Shown here: positions 25,752 to 39,016 of the stretch, one piece after another | How positions within the stretch are numbered: the first letter of the stretch is position 1 | Layout of the letters: the number at the start of each line of letters is the position of its first letter | Assembly: GCA_013239625.1 (NCBI GenBank) | Contig: MU053629.1 | Span: forward strand, 2,941,567 to 3,005,566 | Source: Lama guanicoe | Taxonomy: Eukaryota | Length of the DNA stretch: 64,000 bases | Direction of reading: 5' to 3' | Program-made: the position numbers and the translations under genes | The notes under the pieces: model-generated | Told to the model about the DNA's origin: nothing | The model's input: only the letters and a program-made list of their open reading frames with translations | Database searches by the model: none

Positions 25752-27107
25752 CTGATTGAATGAAAGATAAAATTGCTCATTATTCTTTATTGTTTCAATT
25801 TGTTATTAAAAAAAAACATAAACTGTTGAAAGCATAAATGTCATACAGGGGACACTGTGTTTTAGAGAGCCCAAAAGTTCTAAGTTCTTAAAGAAAAATG
25901 GTAAAACAGACTTCCTCAGCTACAAAAGATAATTAAAAGAGCTTCCCTTTATTCTGTCTTCTTATCAAGTGAGAGTGAACAGTCCATCAAGTTTACATCT
26001 TTAGAAGTGGGGATACTGAAGGAAATACTTAAAATGAAAAACTTTTAAACACCACAAAAATGACAAAATGTACTGAGCACTATGTCCTAAACACCATTAT
26101 AGGCATTTTATAAGCATTTAATCATGACAACATCCTATAAGGTATAGATTACTAACCTATTTTTAAAATGAGGAAACTAAGGTACAGAATGATTAGGATC
26201 TTATGCCTAGAAGTGGCAGAGTCGAGATGTGAACCCAGTCAGTCTGACCCCAGGACATCTGATCTTAACCATTACTCTGCACTACTATATAGTAATTCTC
26301 CAAATTTCAGAACTGCTGAAGAGCCAAGATCCTTTGTTGACCCACTTATAAGAAATCTCGTGCAACTAAAAAAAAAAGCTTTGAGTCACTTTAAAAAAAG
26401 TGATAATAAAAGGAATGATTTAACAAAATTTTATTACTTGTATTTAAAAAAGCAAACTACACTGTTCCTGAATTTCTAAACTGCCTAGCAATGATTAAAC
26501 TGTTCATTTTAATTCCACAAACACTTACTGACTGCTCATTACGGGCAAGGCACTGTGCTAGGCATTGCTGGAAATATTAATTTAGAGATGTCAAAAAGCA
26601 AATTCTCTGGCATATCGCAGGTAACACCTTTGAAAGATAACACCTATCACTCGAAGTTTTAAAATGATGGCTTCTTGACATCTGAAAATCAAAAGCTATT
26701 TGTTGGGGAGGAAACATACTCTTGAATTACTCTAGAATTAGGGTTTTTGTCAGGAAGGGCTATTTTTCATCTCAAGTTTTACAGAAAGTAAAAAAGAGCA
26801 AAGTGTTGAATCTAAAGATTTTGAACTTTAGGGTATTGGGCACTACATCCTGAGATGCTCCCTTTCCACAGAGAATTCCTGAAAATCAAGAACAGAGACT
26901 GGCAACAACTCACAGCTCTAACTCATAAGTTCTACCAAAGGAATAAGGCCTGCTGGTTGTGATCCTTGCTTTACAGTTACACTCAGATAGTATACACATA
27001 GACTTATTAAATAGTTCCAAGTTCTAACTATTCAGTGCAATATGATAACACTGTTTTCCTTCCTACAGATTTAGGTCTTGTACATATAAACTCATTCCTT
27101 TTTGTAC

Positions 27108-27329
27108 CTGTAAAGTATTATAATCTCTTGTGAAGGGAACCATCAGCTCCCAGAGGGATGAAAAAACCACAAGCGCTGTGAACTCAAGCTTGTAATTTGT
27201 GGCCATGTGTTCAAACAGCATTGTCAAACCATGGGCTGCCAGGTGCTTGCGCTGATATTCCTCGGACCCCTCGATCGACACAGGTCGGGTCATGGAAAGG
27301 GACACGTCCATTACCACCACTGTTGGCAT
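27108..27329 (-). CDS. INTS14: INTS14 coding exon 1: MPTVVVMDVSLSM...DYNTLQ
   Basis: ATG at 27329-27327 in context ATCATGC, donor CAG|GTAC, 222 nt. The 5' UTR part extends to an acceptor at 27374 or 27391. Confidence 0.95.
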
Positions 27330-30300
27330 GATGAATGTGATCCCAATGTTCCCAATCAGAATGCAAACAGACAGCTAAAGAGAGACAAATGCTGTAGAAA
27401 ATAAATATGATTAGGTCTTACATGTCATGGAGGGAAAAAAAGCATTCTTTTTTTCACCAAAATCATAACCAAACTTTCCAGAAATAAGTGAAGGCAAACT
27501 CCATTTAAGTTGAGGTGAGGGCAAAACTGCAGAGAATTCAGTGAGGGGGAAGGAAGCAGCTTAGCTCTCTGTGAGGGCCACTCCTAGAATCGCCCACTCA
27601 ATGGCCATAAATCAAGGACCACCTGAATTATTTTTAGTAAAAAAAACATTAAATCGGATAGCCCTTGACTTGAATACTTTCCAATCTTATACAACTTAAT
27701 ATAACACTCCTGCATCACCTCTCCAACACATAATTTACTAAGGAACATTTCTAGTTCCCTTATGGTGGTGCTTTCTGATAATCAACCATTCTTTTTGGGA
27801 ACCATCACTATCTTACTCAATACAGCAGTGTTTATGCAAGTGTTTGCTGAATTATCCAGTTGCTTGATGCCCTTTTAAAAAAATTAAAATAAATGCAAAA
27901 TATAAAAATGAAAGGGCTAGAAAAGTCATAATCCAAAGTAGAAAAGCTGGAAATCATTAAGCAGGACAAAAAGCAACAAACTTCTAGCCTCAGTGCTACT
28001 CACTGTAAATAAATGAGGCAATAGTGCTTTAACTGTGAAAGAAAAGAACAAAATAAAGAATATGACAGCTGATATTATCTTATGAAATTGTGTATAAAAG
28101 TCAAAATGGAGAAGAAATGGAGAAAACAAAGAGTTCTCTAAAATTATAGATTGAGAATGACCATGAAGAAAACATTTCTGTGCTCAAAAATAAAGGAAAA
28201 AAGTTCACGGATACAGACTTGCTCTTGGGGACACAGCTTGCTGCTACTCTACTATTAAGCAAACTACAGTCTATTGACACAATGAAATATCAGATAGCTA
28301 TAAATAAATGACACATATGCAGAGATCAGAAATATTTATAAAAGCATTAGTAACTGAGAAAAGAAGGTCACAGGATTGTCTGTATACACTGATTACAACT
28401 TCATAAAAATCACACTGCATATATACAATTAGGGAAGACTGAGGATGGACATAAACATATTAGAAACTTAATGTCCACTAATTTCCTTTTTGGAATTTAC
28501 TTCGAAACACTTAACAGTGGCCAGAATGCTTGTTTTAGCACAGTGTTTAGGAAGGTATTCCACTTATAAGTAGACTGCTGGTATCTCAGAACATATTGAT
28601 TCATGGAAACAATGTTATAAATGAGGATCAGGGACTCAAGGCAAGTAGAAAAAGCCCTTTTACCACATAACGGCCTGAGATACATTTCAAATACAATAAT
28701 GTCTCATGTATCCAACATCAATAAAGATTAAACCCAAGATATAAATTACTCTTCTAGATTCTTTAGAATTCCAAAATGTTTAACTATTTTGATAGAAACA
28801 ATTAAAATGTGCACCCATCCGCCTCATTGAACTCGGAGTGCTATACATAATTCAAGTCCCTCATGATGACTTGGCATCACCACTCTAAACACCAGTACTG
28901 CTCAGCACACTGCCACCCTGCTGTTTTATGTTACACCAGCATTCTTCCCAAATGTGTGCTGCAGAACACTGTCCTGGAGGGATGCTCCAAGGAAAATGAG
29001 TTCAGGTCTTATTAGAGACACTGAGAAACTCCACAGCAAAGAATACAGTTTAATTTGCTAACTTGGTGTTTACCATTTAACCCTTCTCTAATAATTACTG
29101 ATAAGGTCCCATGTAACAAGTACCATATAGAACATCCCCAGAAACACTGACTTGTACTCAAGGGATCCAGGCTGTCGTGCTGTTTTGGTGCCTCCTCCTT
29201 AAAATTAATTTTGGACCATCAGTTTGCATTCCCTTTTTCTCAGTAATCTCCTGTAATCATCCTCCCTGTTTCTAATTTGCTGCCTCTTGGCTACCATGAG
29301 CTGGAAAGCCAGGTAATCCAGCTTGTTAAAACTGTGTTCAAAGTCAGAGTTAATAGGCTCTGAGAGCCTGTGAGTTTCTTCTGGTGTTAAATGCATGAGC
29401 TTAGGTGTATAACCTTGTACCATTTTATCTACTCAGTCTTTCTCAGATCCTTTCTGAGTCTCAGCTGTGTTGTTCAAGAAGTAAGGTCCTGTGTAATATT
29501 GGTTCAACTACAATACATTAGACCATCTCACTAAAGGTGGTGACTATGTCAGATTTTGCCCACCAATGTCTCCTCAGAACCTATCAAGGCAACTAGCACA
29601 TAGTAACATGCTTGACAAATACGTATAATGACTAATGAACTACCCATTAGCAGAACTACCAGTTATAACGCCAATTCTTTGGCAAAATATATTATAAATT
29701 TTAACTCTGGACACCAGAAATACACTTCCTCCTTGCCTCATTCAAGAAGAAGTATCAGAGATCCCTGTACCTCTGCTCATATCCAGCTCACGTGGTATTT
29801 CCACTCATGCACAGAGGCCCTAAGTTACTGAAAGTTGGGGTCATGGGGATTACCAGCTTTACCTTTTAGGATAATGGCAAATGGGATACACAGATACAGA
29901 CCAGATATAAGAAAGCACTTCCACCCCATGAAATCAACTGTAACACTGGAATGGATGATCATAGCTGGCAGGCTTGCCTTCTGGGAAGACATCTCTGGAG
30001 GTGGCTCCTTCTTCTGACTGATGCCTTTGTCTCCACCCCCAAACACATCTCCTTAACAATGGCGAAGTCATGGGAAATCAATTTAGAACTCAGGTTGTAA
30101 GAACAGAAGTAAAAGACAGAACTTAATGTTCTTGAAGAATGGTTCACTCAAGTAGACTAGGCCTGATTAAAAAAATAAAATCCCTGCTCAGACAGTCCAG
30201 CAATTTTGTGAGAACAGTATGTTATTGGTTACTTGAGTTGATTCTTACTCTCGAATCCTCCACACACATACCTTTCCCGTAAGTACTGTCTACCTACAAT

Positions 30301-30479
30301 GCTTAAGACAACTAGTGGTCTTCTTTCTTAAGAATAGTCTACTCCTGAGAATAGCTCTTAGCCCCTTGATTTGGCCTTAAATCCCAAGTCTCTATCAGCT
30401 ACACACTTATAATTCTTTCCTGAAGGTGACAATTAGCTCACTCATAAAGAACTGAGTCTCAGCAGTTTCGCTCTCAAAG

Positions 30480-31340
30480 CGTGATTCCGCTCAAATTTCT
30501 CGGGAAGCACTACCTACTCAGGTTTCCCCATCAGCGGGACTTCCCGTGGCCGGACGAATGCTTCCCGCATTCTCAGGCTTCATCTTTCAACTGCCAGCCT
30601 AGAAACACAGAACTCCTGCATTTGGATCGCGTCTCCCGGGGGATGTATTTTTACCTTAAAATCAGTCAAAAATTTTTGAGATCTGGAAATCTCTTATGGG
30701 ACGAGAGGGCGAAGGGGGCCTTGGCAAGGGGCCGAAATCGTGGTTTATACGGGGCGGAGATCCGGCGCCGCAGAACACGGGGAGGCCGGGGGCAATGCCC
30801 CGGAACTGGCGCCGCACAGACGGCGCGGAGCGGCCGCCGGGAAGGCCAGGCGTTGGCCGCGCGTTGGGCCCCCTCCTCTGACCCCTTCCTTGCAGCTGCA
30901 ACAAACATTCAAAGACAGCCCAGGGTCTCCGGCCTCCCCAACTCACCCCGCGCCCATCACCGGCCCAGTCCGTCCGCATAAACTTTCCGGCCGCGCGCCG
31001 AGGCCGGAACTATGGGGCCGCGTGACCAAGGGGAACTCGGCGCCGGGGCTGCGCGAGGCGCTTGGGGCGGGGCTCAAGGAGTCTGTGGGCGGGGCGCTGG
31101 CTCCGCTGAGACGCGACTCAGCGGAGACGCAGCTCCGCGCGTTTTGCTCCGCGCGTCTCTCCACAGGGGTTTACCCGCGACGACCGACTCCCTTCGACTC
31201 CGCAGCTTCGCTGGGCCGGGGCTGTCCCCGCCTCTTCCCTCCCCTCCTCCCCATTCTCGGGCTCTTCCTCCATTTACTTCTGGCCCTCAGCCCACCTCCC
31301 TTTCTTTGACCCGTGGGCCTCACCTGGCCGGGTAACCCAG
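30480..31340. promoter_or_regulatory. CpG-island promoter of INTS14, possibly bidirectional
   Basis: The only strongly CpG-rich stretch near the INTS14 5' end. GC boxes at 31064-31073 and 31086-31095, ETS-like CCGGAA cores near 30985-31010. Confidence 0.88.
30947..31000 (-). other. INTS14: Probable INTS14 first (5' UTR) exon, TSS approximate
   Basis: Consensus donor GGG|GTGAGT at 30946-30941 inside the CpG island. Confidence 0.65.
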
Positions 31341-33609
31341 TGACCTCTCCACAACTCTGCCTCCTCGCTCACCTCGGCCTGTTGGTGCACTAGCCAGACC
31401 CTCACCGATACTTGCTCCTCTTCCCCGTCTCTCGTCAGACCCCTTACTCATATCCTCTGAACCAGTTGACAGAATCTTCTTCCTGCTCTTTTAACACTAG
31501 AATTCCCGCCTGAGGCGTGCTCATACTAAGCGCGCTGTATATTTTTTGGAGCTGACCTGAGCCATTTTCCACGTCAAGACTTTTCCTCTTGGATGCTCAG
31601 TCTGGATGCTCACTTTATCCCCCCACCCCTTTGAGGGAAGCAGAGGGAGGGTTCAGTCAGTTCCCCTGCCCTGAAAGGTGCGCTGGTGAGGGATTTGCAC
31701 TCAGGCTTTGCGGTGAGGCACCGTTCGCCCAGCTTACCTCACCTTTGACCACCTGGTGTCCCCACATCAGCCTATGCCTCAGCAAGGTCCTTGAGGAGAC
31801 AATAAGTAACTTTCTCTTTACCTTTCTTTGTAACCACGTAAGGAGCCAGGAAATGCCAGTGAGAGGGGAGCCTGAATGGCTGCCAGCAGGCCTCTGGGTA
31901 GTAAGGGTTCCACGAACAATGTTGTACCACATAGGGTACAAGGGCCTCTAGAAGGCCTTAGGACTTTGCCTCTTCTTTTGGTTGGTGGGATGGGCTGAGG
32001 TAGGGGGTGGGTCAAGCCGGGAGGATGCTTTGAAACCAGCAACTGAATCTGTCTGACTTTTCACAGCTTGTTCTGTGGGAGAGTGTGGGCTCCAGTTGCT
32101 TGTAGTTTTTCTTGTCTCCTCCTTGTAGCAGAGGTGGCAGAAGAAGGTGCGTCAGTCCCTGGGAAAGTCCCTGACAGCATCAGGATGCAGGGGCCGGCAG
32201 ACTGCCCTGGTTGCTTCAGAGCGTGTCTCCTCAACTTGGCAGGTCTCACCATCTCAAGACCTTGCTATGCTTGAGCAGACAGGGATCTAGGTAAGTGAGG
32301 CAGCATCCTAATTACTTAGATATAATTTCTAATTCTTTCCCTAGAATATGTGGGCAGAGGAGTTGTCGAGCTACCCCTAATGTGATGACAGCCCCTATGG
32401 TCACTGTTCTCGTGGTAGTTCCAGCTCAGTTCCATGAATTGATTTGTTACCTTTCCCAGTCCTAAAGATTAAGTTTATTAGTTTGCAGAAGGGTGACCAG
32501 AGCTCAGTTGACCTAGTTCTTCTAAATACAGGCTTTCAGGAGACCAGGGAAGCGAAAGGGCAATTTATTAAAATAAAAGGTAGAAGCACCAAGAAGACCA
32601 CGTCACTTAGGGAAACTGGTAAGTGCTTTTTTTTTTTTTAATTCTTATTAGAACCCCATTCAAAACCAAAAGGTTGTTCAGTAAATATAAAATTGGAATA
32701 TTAGCATAAAGAGCTAGAAGGTCTTAAGGGAGATTTCCTTCAAGCCAAAGCTGGCTAATGAATTTCTTTTTCCCACTCAATTGACCCTTAGCATTTGCAT
32801 GTTTCCACACATACATTAAAGGAAATCAATACACAACTTCCTTTGCATAAGCTATCATCCTCTCTATTTTTTGCTGCTTTGAAACACTGGATCACTGTCA
32901 CAGAGGCTTTGGAAGGCAGAGAGATTTCATCTCCAGTCTGGCAGAGTAAAGGTTAGTGACAGAAATAGCACGCTGCTCACAGAAGCCAGGTACTGGGGCT
33001 CAAGAGAGGTTCATACACCCAATCAGTTCTCCTGCAGCATGTGTTCAAAATGTAAGTTCCCAGGCCATACTGACTGAATTGGAATTTTTTGGGTTAGTGT
33101 CTGGAACCTTCATTGTTAAGCTGCTGAGATGATTTTTCATCTACAGAGATGAAGCGGGAGAGAGGGTAGGGGAAAGCAATGAGCCCATGTACCGTTTCTG
33201 TTCTTCCTTTCCCTCTCCTATGCTGTCCCTTGCCCTGTATCTTCCTGCCTCCTCTGGGCTGGACCTTGTCCCTTTCCAAATCATACTTCCAAGCTCCAGG
33301 CTACCCACTTTCCCTCATCATCCCACCCCATTTCACTCTTCACCAAAGTGGAAGTCTAAAGAAATTGTAGATGTGACCCTTCTGTTTTCTTTAAAAATTT
33401 TATTATTGAAAAATTTCAGACAAAGATAGAGGAAATAGCGTAATAAATCCCCAAGTACCCTTCACTGAGTTTCTACTATCAGCTCAGTTCTCAGTCATTT
33501 TCATTTGTACCCTACCCACTTCTCCCCAATATACATTTTGATGCAGATTACAGATAGAATAACATCTTGTCCATAAATATTTCAGTAAGTATCTCTAGAG
33601 AAGGACTTT

Positions 33610-34735
33610 TTAAAATTAGTAAACTTGATTTTTAGAGCACTTTTTTACATTCACAGCAAAATGGAGTGAAAAATACAGTGCGTTCCAATATACTCTGTCC
33701 ACAGGCACAGAGTCTCCCTCACTATCAACATCCCAGCAACAGAGTGATACATTTGTTGTCACCTATGAACCTTCACTGACACGCTATTATCATTCAAAGA
33801 CCATATTTTATCTTAGTGTTCACTTTTGGTGGTGTACATTTGGTGATCATTCATTTAGTGACATGGATCTACCATTGTAGTACAATGCAGAATAGTTTCA
33901 CTGCTCTAAAAATACTCTGTGCTCTGCCTTTTTATCCCTCCCTCTCCTGTGACTCCCAAGAACCACTGATCCTTTTACTGTCTCCATAGTTTTACGTTCT
34001 TCAGAATGTCATATAGTTAGAATCATGCAGTAAGCAGTCTTTTCAGATTGGCTTCTTTTACTTAGTAATATGCATTTAAGTTTCCTTCATATCTGTTCAT
34101 GGCTTACTAGCTCATTTCTTTTTAGTGCTATGCGATATTCCTCTGTCTGGATGTACCACAGTTTACTGAAGAACACCTTGATTGCTTCTACGTTTTGGCA
34201 TTTATCAATAAGGCTGCTATAAACATTCTTGTGTAGGTTTTTGTGTGGGCATAAGTTTTCAGTTAAATTGAATAAATACCATGGAGAGAGAGAGACTGCC
34301 GGCTTGTATAGTAAGAATTAGCTTTAGTTTTGTAAGAAACTGCCAAACTGTCTTTCAAAGTGGGTGTACTGTTACGTATTCCCAGGAGCAATGAATGAGA
34401 GTCCCTGATGCTCCACAGCCTCATCAGCATCTGATGTTGTCAGTGTTCTGGATTTTGGCTATTATAATGGGTATATGGTTGTATCTCACTGTTGTTTTAA
34501 TTTGCATTTCCCTAGTGACTGTGTTGAACATCTTTTCTGCCAACTTACCATCTGTATATCTTCTTTGGTTGAGGTGTCTCTTTAGGTCTTTTGCCCATTC
34601 TTTTAATTGAGTGGTTCATTTTCTTATTGTTGAGTTTTAGGTGTTTATATATTTTAGACAACAGTCCTATATCAGATAAGTCTTTTGCAAATATTTCCCC
34701 CCAGTCCATGGCTTGTCTTCTCATTCTCTTGATGG
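33610..34735 (-). mobile_element. L1MC-like 3' UTR and ORF2 end
   Basis: Antisense L1 motifs: gctgctataaacatt...aaactgccaaactgtctttcaaagtgg...ttttaatttgcatttccct...tttgcaaatatttc. Confidence 0.85.
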
Positions 34736-37700
34736 AGAGGGACTTAAAAAATCCACAACAATTACAATATTATCGTCACATTTAAAATAATAAATAATAA
34801 TCCCTAATATCATCAGATACCCAGTCAGCTTTCAGATATCTAGTTGTCTCATAAATATCATAGAATTTTACTTTTTTACACTTGGTTTGAGTCAGGATCC
34901 AAGTAAGACCCAGTCATTGCAGTCTCTTGATATATCTGATTCTTTCTTAATCTATACATTTCTTCCGCCATGTCTTTTTTTTGCTTTGCAGTGTATTTGA
35001 TGAAGAAACTGTGACTTCTCTTTTTTAATTGCTCTCAATCTTCCTTCAGTCTTTTCCACATTTGAGAAACCCACAAAGCCTCTCTCTTCTAAAATAATGG
35101 AAAGACTCATTGAACAAAGAAATAATTTTGTACAGTTCCAGTTCCAACTAACTTCATCTCTGCTCTGTAAATAGCCTTATCCAGCACTGGATCCTCAGGG
35201 TCTGGCATGTGACACTTGATATACATTTGTGGAAGGAAGAGGAAGGAAGGTTAAAAAGTCAGAGGAAAGCAGAGAAAATTTGGTAAGTACTACATTTGTA
35301 TAAGAAGGTAGAACTGAACATTTTTATTGAGAACACCCTCTGCTTTGAAGTGTTACAAATTCTAAATTTTTAAAGGTCCCTTATGATCTGGTCTTGTATC
35401 AGTCTTGCCAGGCTCACCCCTTACCCTCTTAAAACTTTGGTAGTATCTTTTAATGAAAAGGCAGATAAAACAAAACTAGTTTTTAAAAAATTATAAAAGT
35501 AATTCATTTCTGTGGGAGAAATGCAAACAGTTTCAAAATACATGAAGTGAAAAATTAGTGTTTCCCATTCCTAGAAATAACTATCTACATCTCCCTCCCT
35601 CAAGTATGGTTCCAGCCACTGGCTTGAGAGATGAAGTACCAGGGGTTTTTTTTGTTTGTTTGATTGGTTTTGTTCATTCTTCCTGGCCTTTGCAAAATTG
35701 TTGCTACATAGTGTGTGTGTATTCATTCCTTTTAACTGCTATATAATTGTTGCAAAGATGTGACATCTTTTATGTAACCAGCTTTCCATCCACACTTATC
35801 TAGAGTTCAGTTTTGCTCTTACAAGCAGTGCTGGCAGACCATCATAGAGGCTTTTCCTCTGACTGAGGTGGGAATCCACTGGAAAGTTTGGAGTATAGGA
35901 GAGACATCTGATTTACAGTTTAACAGGATCACTTGTGCTGCTGTACCAGGTTTACAGAAGCACAAGTTAAATTTTTAGTTTTGTTAGATTTTTTAGTTTT
36001 TATCAACTGATAAGCAACCCCCCGCAAAAAAACAAATAAAAAAAACCCCACTTCACTGTTGCTTCAATTGACATTCCTTTGCAACATCACATTTGAAAGG
36101 GTGAGTTTTACTCAGTGGCTGTTTCTTGCTTACTCAGAGAGGAGCTGGTGGTTGTGCCAGTGTTATTCAGATTCCTATGTGGCCACACTGAAGCCCTTTG
36201 AAGTGCCTGTCCGACCTCTTCTCTGGACCACAGGCCCCTTGGGATAGGTACCTGACTGTCATGCCAAAACTCTGTCTCTGAACTGCGACTAACCTGAAGT
36301 GTCACACCTCCCCCCCCACCCCCCGCAGTCCCTGGCTTGGAGAGATGAAGTGTCATGGGATGTTTTGGGGCTCATTTTGCTTGTTTCCACCGGTGACAAC
36401 TGCATTGCCACTTAAAAAATCCTGTAAACAATATAATATAAACAATCAAAACAATATTAACAAAAGGTCTTGGACTTCGACACAGTTCAGTATCCAACAG
36501 ATCCGAATGTTTCCCTGCAAGTTCTCACTGTACCCCTTATAGCAATCCCATAAGGAATTTCGTCTTTCCTGGTTTTATAAATGAGGAACCTGAGGATGAG
36601 AGACTTCGGGAGACTTGCTCCTGGTCAGGCTTGTTACTTTACTAGTACCTGAAGGTCAAATTCAGCCCCCAGACCTGTTTTGTTTGCCCTTTATTATTTT
36701 TAATCATTTTACATCGGAGTGCCCATTGATCGGTCATTCATTCTTTCTCCAGACAGAGCTCTTATTACTCTCCACTGACTTTGAGTAGAGCTGATTTAAC
36801 TTAATTTTATCCACCCAGGCCTTGAAGGCACTTGATTTTGCAACTCCTTCCAAATCTTGTCTGCTTTATACTGTGCAATTATAGGGTTGATAGCAACTCC
36901 TGAAATAAGCCAGCCTCAACCACAAACCTTCTCCTTCCTGTTCTGATAGAACTGTGGGAAAGACCTTGAGCTGCAGAGGGAGGGACAGGAAAGGCTCCCC
37001 TGCTGTCCTGCCCAGCCCCAAAGCCCTGTCTTCCACAGCCCGTGATACTGTTGTGAGGGTCGGAGCCAGATCTACCTCACTCGTCCTGCCAACCTGTTCC
37101 AGGCAGAGGATAAAATGAGGCACCTTTGTAGAAAAAGACTAGCTTTCCCTCCTTGGTAGTGCTTGTCTTCCTCTGGCAGCTTGATTTCTGAAGGCCTTGA
37201 GCCTCTGTGAGTGGGTATCTCCCCACCTGAAACGTGTGTAGCTCAGGGCCCCGTCTCTGAGCATCTCCTCACTGGGATGTACTTTTTCAGTCCGTCAACA
37301 AATATATTTATTCAGTGCCAGACACTGTTCTGGGTTCTGAGGATTCAGCTGTGAATAAGACGGAGAAGATCTCTGTCCTCTTGGAACTCACCTGCTAGTA
37401 AGAGATTAATGCAGACATTAATCAGGTGATCATACTAATAAACACACAGTAGAGCATTGTCGCGGTGGAATGCGTGAGGACCTGCTGCCCCCCAGCACGG
37501 TGTGGCCGTGATCTCCAAAAGCAGAACAACAACAGCAGCAGCAGTACCAGGCACTGTTAGCGTGTTTTACGTATTAATTTACTTAATTCTCACAACAAGC
37601 CTACCAAGCCGGTAGTGATATTATCACCCTGATTTTACAGGATGAGAAGTTAAATACTTCCCCGGGCTCACGCCGCTAATACAGACAGTGCTTCTATTCT

Positions 37701-38509
37701 TGGTTGAGCAGCAGACTTTTCTACAGCTTCCTGAATTTCAGAATGTGCCACAGCCCCGTGAGAATAAGACAGAGGGAACCAGGTTCAGCCCCCACAGGTG
37801 AGAGTTAGATTAGACACTAGGAGGAACAATTATGAGTGTGTGAGAGAAAGGAATCCTTTTCTGAGTTTTTGCTTCTCTCCTGAATTTTCTGTATTGCACA
37901 AATAACATTGTAAAAACAGAGGAATTATTCTAGGGGAAAAAAAAAAGATTGCTGACAATTCCACCTCAAGAATTGGGTTCCTTTTGCCATCTTTCTGGAC
38001 CAAACTGAGGCTGTCTTAAACAGTTGGTGTGAGAAGGGAAGTAATTAGATCTGGTTCTGCCTGCAGCCTTAAAGGCAACAGTGTGGTAACTGACAGATGT
38101 CAGCCCCTCTACCCAGGCTTCCAACATCCAGAGTGACCTCTGGACGCCTAGAGATAAAGACACCTCTTCCTCAGGGAGTGAGCACTGCTGTGTGTTTCAG
38201 CAGAGGGTGATGCATACCGTTTTACTGCTACTGGACACTCAGGGAGAAGTGGAGCAGGAGTGCCGCTGTGAGGGATTACCTGCTATTTCAGGTGAAAGTA
38301 ATCCAAGCAGTGTGCTATCCCTGTACGTTGGGGGAAATAGGGAGGGGAGAGGGGACCAATCAGTAAGTGTCAGGCAGAGTTAGCTGAATGATTGAAATGG
38401 CTTCCAGGTGAGTGGGTAGGTGCATGAGCCCCTCATCACCTCACTCCATTCCCACTTCAGTCAGCTCCAGCCATGAGCTGGATACACAGCTCCTCAGGTA
38501 TCTTGGGAT

Positions 38510-38994
38510 TGTGAACAAAGAATGTCACCTACCGTATTAGCAAATAATGGATGTTGTGGCCATCATGCCATCAGCCACTACAGCTCCCCACTTCCCAATT
38601 TTGTACCCTGATGGGAATTCAGGATGGAGATAAACAGGTTACTGGCCCTAGGTACTTAAGGTGCGTATCAAAGGAATAATTTCATTAAACCCAGATACTT
38701 GTACCTTCCTATACGTAGAAAAGTGCCAAACTCATTAACTTGAGATGTCTTTTTTTTTTTTTAAACAAGCTGTAATCTTTTGATGCTGGATTACCCGGTG
38801 TTTTGTTTTGTTTTGTTTTGTTTTGTTTTTGTAAAAACTCCTATATATTTTGGCTCCTACCTTACCTCTTTGTAACAGCAGCCCCTTAGAACTATCTTAG
38901 AGCCTGTATCCCAGGCTTACATCCTCAGTAATACCCCCAATACAACTTAATTCTCAACTTTGAGGTTGTGCTTTTTAAAATTTTTCATTTGGCA
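38510..38994 (+). repeat. 5' LTR
   Basis: Aligns with 44616-45108 (shared tggagataaacagg.tactggcccta, aaactcattaacttgagatgtct). Followed by the PBS. Confidence 0.88.
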
Positions 38995-38998
38995 GTTT

Positions 38999-39016
38999 TG
39001 GCGACCATGAAGTGAC
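38999..39016 (+). promoter_or_regulatory. Retroviral primer-binding site, tRNA-Arg type
   Basis: tggcgaccatgaagtgac matches the recalled Arg PBS TGGCGACCACGAAGGGAC at 16/18 positions. Confidence 0.7.

Larger units (their letters stand above)
4191..27329 (-). other. INTS14: Integrator complex subunit 14 (VWA9) coding span: 11 coding exons, 518 aa
   Basis: Exon lengths 222+108+156+119+143+93+145+134+119+66+252 = 1557 nt. All junctions are GT/AG with compatible phases. Protein runs MPTVVVMDVSLSM (vWA DxSxS motif) to ...SGSSTERM, matching recalled INTS14. Confidence 0.96.

Noticed and set aside
30481..31335. Overlapping 100-190-aa ORFs in the CpG island
   Set aside because: Expected stop-codon depletion in GC-rich DNA. 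Arg/Gly/Pro/Ala-rich with no domain.
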